Positions 27,287 to 37,263 of a stretch of 64,000 nucleotides of DNA are shown in pieces. The position numbers and the translations under genes were made by a program. The number at the start of each line of letters is the position of its first letter. The first letter of the stretch is position 1. The notes beneath the pieces were generated by a model that was not told where the DNA came from, did not search any database, and saw only the letters and a program-made list of their open reading frames with translations. Origin of the DNA: an uncultured Candidatus Saccharibacteria bacterium (lineage in GTDB: Bacteria; Patescibacteriota; Minisyncoccia; Phycocordibacterales; UBA9973); the NCBI GenBank assembly GCA_964446965.1, contig CAYUQD010000003.1, positions 3,989 through 67,988 of the forward strand, in the 5' to 3' direction.

Positions 27287-28645
27287 TTATTTGAACAATA
27301 TGCGGATATCTTCAAGTTGTTTCATGAGATTTGGATCTGTGGCGAGCTCTCCTTTGATCTTCTCATATGAGTGGATGACTGTTGTATGATCTTTTCCCCC
27401 AAGTTTTGCACCAATAGAGGGATAGCTCTCGTTGAAGTCCTCACGGAGCATGAACATGATGATTTGTCGTGCACGAACAATCTCTTTGCGACGAGTTTTC
27501 TCATAGATTACTCGCTCATCGAGGTTGTAGTAGTCAGAGATGAGCTTCACGACGGTGTCTATAGATACTATTTTCTTTGGTTTGACACTATTTTTGATAA
27601 GGAGCTTGACCTCAGGGAGACTGATTGGTTTTTGTTTGACTGAGGCGTGTACATTGATCACATTGAGGACGCCTTCGAGTTCACGGATACTGCTTGTCAC
27701 CACAGAAGCTACATAGAGGAGTACATCTTCTTCGAGGGGGTGTGGGAGGTGACTACTCTTTTCTCGGACAATGGCGAGACGACTCTCGAGATCAGGTTCT
27801 TGGATATCGATCGTCATACCAGCGTTAAATCTGGTCTTGAGGCGGTCTTCGAGGCCAATAATATGGTTGGGGTGCTTGTCACTTGAGAAGATGATGTTCT
27901 TGTTCTGTTCATAGAGCGTGTTGAACAGGTGAAAGAGTTCGGTCTGTGTCCCCTCCTTGCCTGAGATGAACTGGATATCATCAATGATGAGTACGTCGTA
28001 CTTGCGGTACTTTTCTCGGAATGTATTGGAACGGTTGGCCTGCACTGAGGTAGTGTAGTCATTCATGAATTTCTCCGCAGTGGTGTAGTAGACACGTTTG
28101 TCAGGAAAGAGCCGTTTGAACTCATTCCCTACAGCCTGGATGAGGTGAGTTTTGCCGAGACCACTCGGACTATAGAAGAAAAGGGGGTTATATGCGTTCT
28201 GAGGGTTCTTGATGACGGCTTGGGCTGCAGCATAGGCGAGCTCGTTGAATGGCCCCACAATGAAGCTCTCGAACGTATAGCGAGGGTTGAGGTTGTCATC
28301 ACGGTTGATATAGAGTTGTTGGAGTGGGAGTTCGTTGCGCTCAGGTTCAATCGTCTTTGGGGTGGATTGGGCGACTGGAGTCGGTGTGCCAATAATGAAC
28401 TCTACCCCTCGAATATGGTCGAGATAACTCACAATCGTCTTGAGGATGAGTTTGTGATACTTGGTCATCATCCATTCACGGACAAATTCGTTGGGGACGG
28501 CGACATAGATGATCCCTTCCTCCTCTTTGTTGATAGCAGTATTCTTGAACCACGTCGTGAAATTGGCATTGGTAACCTGAGGTTCAATGTCCTGCAAGCA
28601 TTTAGACCATAGTTGTGAGACGGAGTGTTCCATGAGTATCATCAT
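27287..28645 (-). CDS. dnaA: Chromosomal replication initiator DnaA (start may be 28633)
   Basis: LNPRYTFESF, YNPLFFY...GLGKTHL, IDDIQF, RELEG, GKDHTTVIH. Confidence 0.98.
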   Translation of the reverse strand: MMILMEHSVSQLWSKCLQDIEPQVTNANFTTWFKNTAINKEEEGIIYVAVPNEFVREWMMTKYHKLILKTIVSYLDHIRGVEFIIGTPTPVAQSTPKTIEPERNELPLQQLYINRDDNLNPRYTFESFIVGPFNELAYAAAQAVIKNPQNAYNPLFFYSPSGLGKTHLIQAVGNEFKRLFPDKRVYYTTAEKFMNDYTTSVQANRSNTFREKYRKYDVLIIDDIQFISGKEGTQTELFHLFNTLYEQNKNIIFSSDKHPNHIIGLEDRLKTRFNAGMTIDIQEPDLESRLAIVREKSSHLPHPLEEDVLLYVASVVTSSIRELEGVLNVINVHASVKQKPISLPEVKLLIKNSVKPKKIVSIDTVVKLISDYYNLDERVIYEKTRRKEIVRARQIIMFMLREDFNESYPSIGAKLGGKDHTTVIHSYEKIKGELATDPNLMKQLEDIRILFK

Positions 28646-28672
28646 ACAGTATCCGTACCACTTTGTTGAAAG

Positions 28673-28681
28673 TGTGGATAA
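28673..28681. promoter_or_regulatory. DnaA box upstream of dnaA
   Basis: TGTGGATAA with degenerate boxes next to it. Confidence 0.7.
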
Positions 28682-28771
28682 GCTGTGTACAGAGTGGATT
28701 ATAGCAGAATAGGAGGAAGGAGAAATACTACTTGATTACTTCCCTATCTTTGTGTATAGTTCTCGATACTT

Positions 28772-28906
28772 ATGTCACAGACCTACCAGCCAAACAAGCG
28801 AAAACGAGCTACAACACACGGATTTCTCGTGCGTAGTGCCTCTGTAGGTGGCCGCAAGGTCCTCAAGGCTCGTCGCCAGAAAGGCCGAGCAAAAATAAGC
28901 GTATAA
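28772..28906 (+). CDS. rpmH: 50S ribosomal protein L34
   Basis: Manual translation [44 protein letters not shown]. Confidence 0.95.
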   Translation: MSQTYQPNKRKRATTHGFLVRSASVGGRKVLKARRQKGRAKISV

Positions 28907-28913
28907 TACGCCT

Positions 28914-29243
28914 ATGCTCCCCTCGATAGAACGGGTACCCCGCTCAGAATTCCAGAATATCCTTGAAAATAAGGGTATTTTAGTTATTTATAACAAACTC
29001 GGCACCCTCAAATACGTCCCAATAGCGCCCAAAATGCTCTCTGTCGTGACCAGTAGCAAGCACGAAAAGAAGGCGGTACTGCGCAACAAGCTCCGCCGAC
29101 GGATATACTCCCTTGCCCAGACCCTTCCTATACCTATACAAGGCATCTTTTATGTTGCAAAATCAAGCTATTCCCTCTCATTTCCCGAGATCAAGACCCT
29201 TTTCAATGAATTACTCACAAAAGCTCAAAAAACTACCAAATAG
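28914..29243 (+). CDS. rnpA: Ribonuclease P protein component
   Basis: KKAVLRNKLRRRI (RNR-like motif); synteny. Confidence 0.88.
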   Translation: MLPSIERVPRSEFQNILENKGILVIYNKLGTLKYVPIAPKMLSVVTSSKHEKKAVLRNKLRRRIYSLAQTLPIPIQGIFYVAKSSYSLSFPEIKTLFNELLTKAQKTTK

Positions 29244-29472
29244 CGTCGCAATTCTATTAATACGTATATATCGGGTTATTTTCTCGCCTTCAGTCGGTAT
29301 ACTGCGGATTATCCCCTTCTACCCCCGCCCTACCTGTATCTTTTATCCTACCTGCTCCCAATACGGCATCGATGCGTTCCGAACATATCCATTTCTCACC
29401 GCCCTACGCAAAACAGCAAACCGTGTTGGTCGCTGTCATCCGGGAAATGAACCTGGGGTGGATATGATTTAG
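29206..29472 (+). CDS. yidD: Membrane protein insertion efficiency factor
   Basis: CIFYPTCSQY...RVGRCHP...GVD; synteny. Confidence 0.88.
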   Translation: MNYSQKLKKLPNSVAILLIRIYRVIFSPSVGILRIIPFYPRPTCIFYPTCSQYGIDAFRTYPFLTALRKTANRVGRCHPGNEPGVDMI

Positions 29473-30506
29473 ATAGAAATTTTTACTTTAGACATTATTT
29501 GATCGTATATTTGAGGGTTTTTGAATCGATTCTTAAATTCTTCTATATTATCAGATAGATCACCACGAATTATTTCAGGTCTGTCATTGTCTTTCCTGCC
29601 TCTTTTAATAAACGTATCAATTACGTTTTGAACATTGGTCGCTATTTGGTCTGGAGTAACAAGGCCTTTATAGATCATATACTCCGCAGTATTTGTACTC
29701 CCTGAGACTAATGCTCCAAAGTTGTTGTAATTTAATAATAATTCTTCCACGTGTTGTTGTGGAAAGTTTTTTATGGAGGATTTAGTAGAATCACCAATTT
29801 CTGGTTCGACGAGTTCTCCTTCTATTGATGCTTTTTTCTCTATCAAGTCATTCAATGCAACTTCTGTCACAAGAGTACCTTCTGTTGCTTTTACTTGAAC
29901 ATACTCGCGAGGATGTATTTCATTAGTCGTTTTGATATCAGAAGTTACTTCCACTTCGACAAGCTCTCCTTTGCTTTCCAAATTAAATTTTGAACCAATT
30001 TTAATTAATTCTCGAGGCGGAGCTTTCTTTTCAAAAACTTCAACATCTTCCTTGATTTCCCCCCTTACTTCTACTTGATCCTTTTTACTATTCAATTCAC
30101 GTATGTTATCTATAATTCCAGACTTCTCAGATTCTTTTTCTCTAGTTTTTTCATCTAGTTCAGTGTTACTTTCCACTCCTTTTATTTTGCGATCAGATAA
30201 GTCACGAAGTTCGTTTATAACTGAATTCAAATCACTTTTTTGTTGTGAAAGCAATGTATCCTTATCTATTACAGTATTCAACTCTTCGGAGTTACCACCA
30301 CGTGCTTCAGCATTCTCAATATTTGCTGCGGTTTGTGAGCTCATACTTTCGACTTGAGTATTGAGTGCAGCCAGTTTCTCGTCAGCGAGAGCTACTAAAT
30401 CCTCGTGTCCCAATAACTCTGTGTCTTCTTTGAATTTCTCTAAACCAACCCTGTCTTCCCCTATTGTCTCGAGTTCTTTCTTGAGTAAATCTTTTTCGTT
30501 ATCCAT
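29469..30506 (-). CDS. Hypothetical charged/coiled-coil orphan protein
   Basis: 345 aa, AT-rich, E/K-rich. Confidence 0.7.
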   Translation of the reverse strand: MDNEKDLLKKELETIGEDRVGLEKFKEDTELLGHEDLVALADEKLAALNTQVESMSSQTAANIENAEARGGNSEELNTVIDKDTLLSQQKSDLNSVINELRDLSDRKIKGVESNTELDEKTREKESEKSGIIDNIRELNSKKDQVEVRGEIKEDVEVFEKKAPPRELIKIGSKFNLESKGELVEVEVTSDIKTTNEIHPREYVQVKATEGTLVTEVALNDLIEKKASIEGELVEPEIGDSTKSSIKNFPQQHVEELLLNYNNFGALVSGSTNTAEYMIYKGLVTPDQIATNVQNVIDTFIKRGRKDNDRPEIIRGDLSDNIEEFKNRFKNPQIYDQIMSKVKISI

Positions 30507-30510
30507 GGTA

Positions 30511-30678
30511 TTAAAATAAATTAGTAATTTCTTGTCTGAGTGCCTCCATTTTTTTCTGATCTATCTCTTTGAAATACTGGGCAATTACCTCTTTTTGGCG
30601 GGCTTCAAGTTCCAAGAGTTTTTGTCTCGCTGTTTCGTAAATCTCTTCTATTTTCTGCTTTTTCTCTTCATTGGTCAT
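30511..30678 (-). CDS. Small coiled-coil protein (55 aa)
   Basis: Manual translation MTNEEKKQKIEEIYETARQKLLELEARQKEVIAQYFKEIDQKKMEALRQEITNLF; ends 4 nt before next ATG. Confidence 0.6.
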   Translation of the reverse strand: MTNEEKKQKIEEIYETARQKLLELEARQKEVIAQYFKEIDQKKMEALRQEITNLF

Positions 30679-30748
30679 ATTTTTTCATAATTGTACCAAC
30701 ATAGCCTGTCAATTGCCATTTTTGGCACTATCTGTACAATAGAAAGTC

Positions 30749-31453
30749 ATGAATACCCTTTGGAACACCGTTATCTACGACCCGATCTACAACGCGCTCA
30801 TTTTCATTGCCCAGAACATCACAATGCAGGATGTAGGACTCGCAGTGATCGTACTCACGGTGCTCATCCGCTTCATCATTATGCCCCTCTCCAAAAAGAG
30901 CATTGTCGGGCAGTACAAGATGCGCGCGCTCGAGCCCAAACTCCAAGAGATCAAAGCTCGCGGCCTCTCAAAAGAAGAAGAAGCCAAAGAAACCTTTGCG
31001 CTCTACAAGACCGAAAAGATCAACCCGTTCTCCGGATGTCTCTACCTCCTCATCCAGCTCCCGATCCTCTTTGCGCTCTACTTTGTCTTCATGCGTGGAG
31101 TGGTACAACCAGATCATCTCTACTCATTCCTCAGTACTGATGGCCTCCGCAATACCCTCTTTGGGATCATCGACATTACCCTCCCATTCCTCCCGTTTGC
31201 AATACTCGCTGGTATCACCCAAGGTCTCCAAGCCTTCCTCCAACCAAAGCCTCCAGTATCAAATGAGAAAGGATTCCAAAATCAATTTGCAAAGAGTATG
31301 TCGGTGCAGACTCGGTACGTACTCCCGATCATTATCATTATTGTCGCAAGCAAGCTCGCTGCAGCAGTATCGTTGTACTGGATTGTGGCAAATACGTTCT
31401 CTATACTTCAGGAACTCTATTTCCGCAACAAGATCAAAGCAGGCAAACTCTAA
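30749..31453 (+). CDS. yidC: Membrane protein insertase YidC (short form)
   Basis: GLAVIVLTVLIR, INPFSGCLYLLIQLPILFALY, LYWIVAN. Confidence 0.93.
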   Translation: MNTLWNTVIYDPIYNALIFIAQNITMQDVGLAVIVLTVLIRFIIMPLSKKSIVGQYKMRALEPKLQEIKARGLSKEEEAKETFALYKTEKINPFSGCLYLLIQLPILFALYFVFMRGVVQPDHLYSFLSTDGLRNTLFGIIDITLPFLPFAILAGITQGLQAFLQPKPPVSNEKGFQNQFAKSMSVQTRYVLPIIIIIVASKLAAAVSLYWIVANTFSILQELYFRNKIKAGKL

Positions 31454-31455
31454 TA

Positions 31456-31489
31456 AAAAAACCGCTCACCTCATAGTGAGCGGTTTTTT
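31456..31489. terminator. Bidirectional terminator
   Basis: AAAAAACCGCTCAC-CTCATA-GTGAGCGGTTTTTT. Confidence 0.8.
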
Positions 31490-31496
31490 AGTTGTA

Positions 31497-32762
31497 TTAA
31501 TATGAGAACTGCCAGAGGAGACCGGTCTGTTTGTCGACGAAATACACACGTTGCGCCCCTTCGTCTACAGAAAGCATCGTCATGTCATATGAAGCACTCG
31601 TGTTGTCATAGAGAGTTGTTGCAGTGACTGCACCGGTGTTGATCCGGTAGAGTTTGTCACTAAACGATATTGTGCCTTGGTACCACGCATCAGGATATTG
31701 TGCCTCTGCGACAGTATCGTTGCCGGCACAGATGAGGTCGTCGGTAGTGAGCCAAGCGCATTTCTCGGGCATGACTTTGATATTGAGGGTACGAGTCGTG
31801 TTGTTCTTTGTGTTGAGGATCTTTGAGACGAATGCTGTATCAGTACTCTGTGAGTAGAGTATGTATGCCCCAGAGGGACTCACACTTGCGGTCAGACCGT
31901 TGATGTCCCCGATGACGCGACGAAGTTTCTTTTCAGTGGTATCGATTTTGTAGAGGTATCCAGGTGCTTGGGCAGTTGCCTTGGTCTGGAGATAGATCGT
32001 CTTTGCGGTCGGCCACGAGAGGATCCATTCTCGGAATGGAGTGCTCACGATGTCTACCTTCTTTGCATTGAGACTCGTCGTGGTTGAGAGAAGTGCACCA
32101 TTAGCATCTATTGCAATACGTGCAACCTGTGTACCATCTGGAGATGCGACCGCAGAGATAATGTTGTCGGGGAGATATACCCCTTCATGTTGCGTACGAG
32201 TGCCGTTGGGGTTGGGTGGAGGGATCGGGACACTATATGTTGCAACAGTACGTGCATCTGGACGAATAAAACGCAGGAGTGCTGTTGTAGACTTGTCCGC
32301 AAAGACCGTCTCATAAATATTGGGGATGTAGACGTTCGAGATCTGGAGCGGTACTGCGTCGTCCTCTATCTCGTACACATACCCATTGCTGCGTGAGACA
32401 TAGCGTACGATGCGTTTGATAACGGTCTGTAGTGTCGGCTTTGCTTTGGGTGTGTTGGGGTCTGCCGCGATCGTGAGGGTTGAGGATTGTGTGAATGCGC
32501 TATACCCTGCTACTGCACTTGCGCTCATGAGGCGAAATGCTGAAGGAGCTGCTGATTGGGATATTGGGATTGTTGAGGTTGGAGTATCGGGGATGAGACC
32601 GGGAATGTTGGTGGGATCCCCACTATCACCTATCGGAAAGAATGCCGAAAAGTCAGTGATCGCAGGCACTCCCGGAGCGGTCTGTCGACTCTTTGCATAC
32701 AGATACCATCCGACACCTGCGACAACAATAACGATAAGTATGATAATGAGGCCCTTGCGCAT
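31497..32762 (-). CDS. Membrane-anchored extracellular protein, probable beta-propeller
   Basis: N-terminal TM; SPDGTQV and SPSGAYILY repeats. Confidence 0.7.
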   Translation of the reverse strand: MRKGLIIILIVIVVAGVGWYLYAKSRQTAPGVPAITDFSAFFPIGDSGDPTNIPGLIPDTPTSTIPISQSAAPSAFRLMSASAVAGYSAFTQSSTLTIAADPNTPKAKPTLQTVIKRIVRYVSRSNGYVYEIEDDAVPLQISNVYIPNIYETVFADKSTTALLRFIRPDARTVATYSVPIPPPNPNGTRTQHEGVYLPDNIISAVASPDGTQVARIAIDANGALLSTTTSLNAKKVDIVSTPFREWILSWPTAKTIYLQTKATAQAPGYLYKIDTTEKKLRRVIGDINGLTASVSPSGAYILYSQSTDTAFVSKILNTKNNTTRTLNIKVMPEKCAWLTTDDLICAGNDTVAEAQYPDAWYQGTISFSDKLYRINTGAVTATTLYDNTSASYDMTMLSVDEGAQRVYFVDKQTGLLWQFSY

Positions 32763-32777
32763 ACGAGTAGTATATCA

Positions 32778-34592
32778 CTAGAGAGCGTATGCAGCAGGAT
32801 TGCTTTTGCAAATCTGATATTCTCGCATCTTTTTTGCGACGGTTGCATTCACGACAGCACTGTTTGCATTGCAACCACCCCCTGCCCCAGCTTGGTAGAC
32901 ACGAAATGCTCCTTCGGCACTACCACCACACTGTTGCAACCCCTGTTTGAGTAGGTTGATACCTGCGGTTACGTTATCTTCGGGGACGAGAATGGTCTGC
33001 CATCCAGTGAATGGAACACTTCTATTGATCCAGTGTGTCCCCCCTTCTTTTACCCCCTCACGCCAAGCCGCAGTGTTGTATCCTGTTGGGAATTTTGTTA
33101 TCTGCATGAGTCCCCCACCTTTGCTAAATCTCCAGTCGAGACCGTATCCTGCTTGAGAAGAATTGATAGATTTGGGACAGATGTTGAGGGTTTGTGAATC
33201 AGTAAATTTTGTCCCATCGAGCTTGATACCACTTCCGACGAATGCAGTTCTCGAAGGCACGCCGCTCACACGAACATTCTCATCACATCCGATGACGTTG
33301 GGTACCCAACTAGACTCGACCGTGATGGTCGCTTTGACGAGGCAGGCATCGATGGACTTTTGTTGAGAGAGTATGGTGACCATGTTCACATACACGGGCT
33401 TTGCTTTAATCGTCTGCCCAGTGAGCGTCTGATAGAATGCGGGATCGATGACTGCTTTTTCTACCCCCACCTCCACACTCGCCACATTAATACTATTCTC
33501 CACCAACTTCGGATTGATTGTATTGAGAATGAGATACGCCGAGAGTGCCAGCAATAACCCAATCAATGCAGTCTTGAATCCTTCTTTAGACTTCGCTTGA
33601 ATGAACGGAACATCAGAGGTGAGAATTGCATACCCTTCATACATCAACCGCAACACCAACACCACTGCAGTGAGCCCAATCAATGTCTTGAAGGCAAAGT
33701 TCAAAAATCCATTGATATCACAGACTGCATTTTCACCAATCTTTCCCTCAAGTTTCTGTTGTGCACACAAATCTGGATCCATCAGTACTGCAAGTCCAGG
33801 CCATGGTGCAAGCAAGTGATAGCTCTTTGCATCAAATGCTGCTTGTTCTGCTTGGCTCCCTGCCCCGATATATCCCTTGGTACTATCGAAGTCTCCGGCG
33901 CGGGAGTCGAGGGTTGTGGTTGTGCCTTTTTGTTTGATGATGTGGCGAAAGAAGTATTTTTTGTCCGGGGTGAGGCCGCTGATGTTCCAACGATAGGTCC
34001 CATCATCGCTGATTCCTTCGAGATCAGTCCCTGATCCTGTATGAGCAACTGCCACGAGCTTGTCGCTCGGTCCACCATCTGTTACGAAGGGTGATCGGGA
34101 ATATTCAAGTTCTATCTTGAGGTTGTTGACACTCGGATACACACTCGTATCTATTTTGCCCGAGATCGTCGCAGTCTGTCCGGTCGTATCAAAAGTGAGT
34201 GGCCATTTGTAGAATGACGCCGTCGCGTTGCCAGTGTTGACGATGAGAGTAGTCGTGACAGTGGTAGCAAATCCTGACATTCCGATACCTCCGCCCGGGA
34301 GTTTGAGCACTGAGAAGTAGTATGTGCGGTTAGTCGCATACGCGCTCCCCGCAATAGTCCATACGACACTACCATTGGTTGCAGACTGGATATTTGTGCT
34401 CGCTGGTGCGACTGGTGGAACGGGGTTGGGACCGTTGTAGAGTTCAAACCGAGCAGTAGCGTCGGTGACGCCGGTCATCGTCACGACGATACTAGTGGGT
34501 GTCTGTGTTGCGGTGAGTGGATACATCTCCGCAGAGGCAGATGTGGTGCAGAGAGAGAAAACAAATATTAAAAAGAGAAATAGTTTTTTCAT
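32778..34592 (-). CDS. Pilin-like (VirB2/TrbC-type hairpin) protein fused to a lytic transglycosylase
   Basis: Signal peptide, Fn3-like region, two-TM hairpin ending YLILNTINPKL; SLT motifs LVKATITVES, GLMQI, PEDNVTAG, YQAG. Confidence 0.8.
   Translation of the reverse strand: MKKLFLFLIFVFSLCTTSASAEMYPLTATQTPTSIVVTMTGVTDATARFELYNGPNPVPPVAPASTNIQSATNGSVVWTIAGSAYATNRTYYFSVLKLPGGGIGMSGFATTVTTTLIVNTGNATASFYKWPLTFDTTGQTATISGKIDTSVYPSVNNLKIELEYSRSPFVTDGGPSDKLVAVAHTGSGTDLEGISDDGTYRWNISGLTPDKKYFFRHIIKQKGTTTTLDSRAGDFDSTKGYIGAGSQAEQAAFDAKSYHLLAPWPGLAVLMDPDLCAQQKLEGKIGENAVCDINGFLNFAFKTLIGLTAVVLVLRLMYEGYAILTSDVPFIQAKSKEGFKTALIGLLLALSAYLILNTINPKLVENSINVASVEVGVEKAVIDPAFYQTLTGQTIKAKPVYVNMVTILSQQKSIDACLVKATITVESSWVPNVIGCDENVRVSGVPSRTAFVGSGIKLDGTKFTDSQTLNICPKSINSSQAGYGLDWRFSKGGGLMQITKFPTGYNTAAWREGVKEGGTHWINRSVPFTGWQTILVPEDNVTAGINLLKQGLQQCGGSAEGAFRVYQAGAGGGCNANSAVVNATVAKKMREYQICKSNPAAYAL
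33460..33907. repeat. Near-identical core shared by the two pilin-fusion genes (copy A)
   Basis: 33460-33725 = 35099-35364 (1 mismatch by eye); 33771-33907 = 35413-35549 (about 4 mismatches). Confidence 0.9.
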
Positions 34593-34632
34593 CTAATATC
34601 GAGAGGATTATAGATGTATTGTACTACGAACA

Positions 34633-36276
34633 TTACTTTCCGTTTACTGACCAGTGCCAAGCTTCGCTCGGAAGATTTTTGAACCCATACTTTGCCGCAT
34701 TGATAGATAGCCATACATAACAAGGATTGCTATGGTCACGCTGCCCTATTCGTGAACCGTTGCAACTAAAATCAATCGCCATTCCTCGCTCGTGCATTGA
34801 GTGTCCAGGACGAGCTGTGGGAGGTCGGCACGATGTAGATGGTGTCGATTCATCAGGGCATCCGTGAGCTACACGCAACTGCTTTTGACGTATTGTAGAA
34901 CGTGATCCGTATCCCGTGAGGATGATATTGTTATTTTTTGCAGCGGCGATCATAGCAGTTAGTTTTTGGGCGATTGATTTGCACACATTAATTTTATTTG
35001 GTGTACCAAATGTAGTGACATCAACAAATCCTTCGGGGCAGGATTTTGTATCCCCTCCCACTGCATATATGTTGTTGGGTTCGAGTTCAGTTTCTTCATC
35101 TACCCCCACCTCCACACTCGCCACATTAATACTATTCTCCACCAACTTCGGATTGATTGTATTGAGAATGAGATACGCCGAGAGTGCCAGCAATAACCCA
35201 ATCAATGCAGTCTTGAATCCTTCTTTAGACTTCGCTTGAATGAACGGAACATCAGAGGTGAGAATTGCATACCCTTCATACATCAACCGCAACACCAACA
35301 CCACTGCAGTGAGCCCAATCAATGTCTTGAAGGCAAAGTTCAAAAAACCATTGATATCACAGACACTATTTTCTGATACTGTCTTCTCAACGTACTTCTT
35401 TTGATAACAGAGATCTGGATCCATCAGTACTGCAAGTCCAGGCCATGGTGCAAGCAAGTGATAACTCTTTGCATCAAATGCTGCTTTTTCTGCTTGGCTT
35501 CCTGCCCCGATATAACCCTTGGTACTATCGAAGTCTCCGGCGCGGGAGTTCAATACCGTCGCCGTACCTTTGAGGAGAACAACATGACGAAAATAATATT
35601 TTGTACCAGGCGTGAGTCCTGAGATATTCCAATAATAAGAACCGTCAGAGGCTACACCTTCGACACTACCTCCATCAGTAGTGTGCGCTTTTGCGATGAG
35701 TTTGTCGCTTGGACCCGCAGGAGTGGTGAAAGGGGTTCTCGCGTAGTGGAGTTGGAGCTCGAGCGCGCTTGTGTTGGGATACTTTGTGGTGTCGATGAGT
35801 CCTGAGATCATCGCAGTCTGTCCGGTGGGGACGAATGTCAGTGGCCAGCGATAGGTGTCGTCGGGGATACCTGCAGAACCGTTGATGATGGTTTGTGTTG
35901 CGGTGACCGGTTCATCTGTACCGGGAGAGATACCGTTGAGTTTGACTGCTCGGATATAGAGCGTTGTAGCGGGGTTGATACCAGATATCGACCATGCGAC
36001 GACATTGTTGGTGACAGGTTTGATCAGATCGCTCGCAGTACCGACAGGGAGAGTGTTTTGGGTATTTTGTGCAGCAATCGTAGAAAAAGGGGCCCTCAAT
36101 ATCTCGAGCTTGTATTGTGCGGTGTCGTTGGGTACACCAGTCATCGTCGCGGTCACAGCTGTCGTGGTGACAGAGATAGTGAGTGGGTATGTGGCAGCAT
36201 GTGCTGTGTCGATACGTGCCACACCCCCAACGAGGAAGTTTGCGACAAGTAGTAAAAGGAGCAGGAATGGTTTCAT
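34633..36276 (-). CDS. Pilin-like protein fused to an M15B (VanY-like) zinc peptidase
   Basis: Same pilin core; C-terminal GYGSRS, ARPGHSMHERGMAIDF, YGF, EAWHW. Confidence 0.82.
   Translation of the reverse strand: MKPFLLLLLLVANFLVGGVARIDTAHAATYPLTISVTTTAVTATMTGVPNDTAQYKLEILRAPFSTIAAQNTQNTLPVGTASDLIKPVTNNVVAWSISGINPATTLYIRAVKLNGISPGTDEPVTATQTIINGSAGIPDDTYRWPLTFVPTGQTAMISGLIDTTKYPNTSALELQLHYARTPFTTPAGPSDKLIAKAHTTDGGSVEGVASDGSYYWNISGLTPGTKYYFRHVVLLKGTATVLNSRAGDFDSTKGYIGAGSQAEKAAFDAKSYHLLAPWPGLAVLMDPDLCYQKKYVEKTVSENSVCDINGFLNFAFKTLIGLTAVVLVLRLMYEGYAILTSDVPFIQAKSKEGFKTALIGLLLALSAYLILNTINPKLVENSINVASVEVGVDEETELEPNNIYAVGGDTKSCPEGFVDVTTFGTPNKINVCKSIAQKLTAMIAAAKNNNIILTGYGSRSTIRQKQLRVAHGCPDESTPSTSCRPPTARPGHSMHERGMAIDFSCNGSRIGQRDHSNPCYVWLSINAAKYGFKNLPSEAWHWSVNGK
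35099..35549. repeat. Near-identical core (copy B)
   Basis: Matches 33460-33907 apart from a short divergent loop. Confidence 0.9.
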
Positions 36277-37226
36277 TAGTTAAATAAAAGGGTAAAGGTC
36301 TTTTCGACGTGTTGGAGTCCGTAGGTGACCGTGGTGATGGCGAGGTCGAGGATACTCTGTCCGCGTCTGTCTGGTCGGGATAGACCGATCTGGTTTGCCT
36401 GAGGGCGCGACACACTCTCTCCATCAACCTTGAGATCAAAGGTGAGGTCTGCGAGTACGGTGCGAGGAATAGAAAAGAAATACGGCTCAAAATGGAGTAC
36501 TATCCCCTGCTCGATGAAGGGAATGGTCGAGAGGTAGCCATGAGCATAGTCGATGTATCCTTGGCGAGTCTCGTACGCAATGACTTGTGGCGTGCGCAGA
36601 GGACTCAGTCGACTCATCCCTGCTCCTGCAAATGACCCTCCTCCGATCGAAACCTCGATGGTTTCTTGGGGGTTAAATTCGTTGTGTTTGATCAGGAGAC
36701 TCGACTTGCCAAAGCCGCTCTCTGCAACGAGTGCAGAACCATTGCGAGACCAGTTATAACTCAACCCTTTTGGGGCGCTCGCAGAAGGGATGACACTGTA
36801 GCGGATGAGGCCGTTGACGGGCAGGAGCGCCTTGCCTTTGTAGAATGGGTGTGTGTAGCTGTCGACCGCCTCCCAGAGCAAGTCGATACTTGCCGGACGC
36901 AAGACGAGTGTTCCGCTTGCTGATGTTCCATTTCCTGAAGCGGTAATACCAATAGTCCCTGTTGCGCCTGCTGCTGGAGCTACAACAGCGACACTAGTCG
37001 TCCCTGTCCCCTTTGCGATGACGACATTGTTGTATGTCCACGAGATGTTGGCTTGGTTGAGATCCATTGCATAGCTCGTTGCGGTCAGTGTGACAGTACT
37101 CCCCGGAGTAGGATTTAGAGGGATAGTGTCGATTGAGATGTCGCCATCAATACTCTGCGCATGAGCAGTACCTACTAGTACAAAAATCAGTATTAGGGTT
37201 GCAATACATGTGCGCACGAATGCCAT
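36276..37226 (-). CDS. Exported Ig-like hypothetical protein
   Basis: Start MAFVR with signal peptide (AHA-Q); DLLWEA.SYT.PFYKGKAL. Confidence 0.7.
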   Translation of the reverse strand: MAFVRTCIATLILIFVLVGTAHAQSIDGDISIDTIPLNPTPGSTVTLTATSYAMDLNQANISWTYNNVVIAKGTGTTSVAVVAPAAGATGTIGITASGNGTSASGTLVLRPASIDLLWEAVDSYTHPFYKGKALLPVNGLIRYSVIPSASAPKGLSYNWSRNGSALVAESGFGKSSLLIKHNEFNPQETIEVSIGGGSFAGAGMSRLSPLRTPQVIAYETRQGYIDYAHGYLSTIPFIEQGIVLHFEPYFFSIPRTVLADLTFDLKVDGESVSRPQANQIGLSRPDRRGQSILDLAITTVTYGLQHVEKTFTLLFN

Positions 37227-37263
37227 ATGCATCAGTATAGCACTACAGATAGGTATAGAGATG

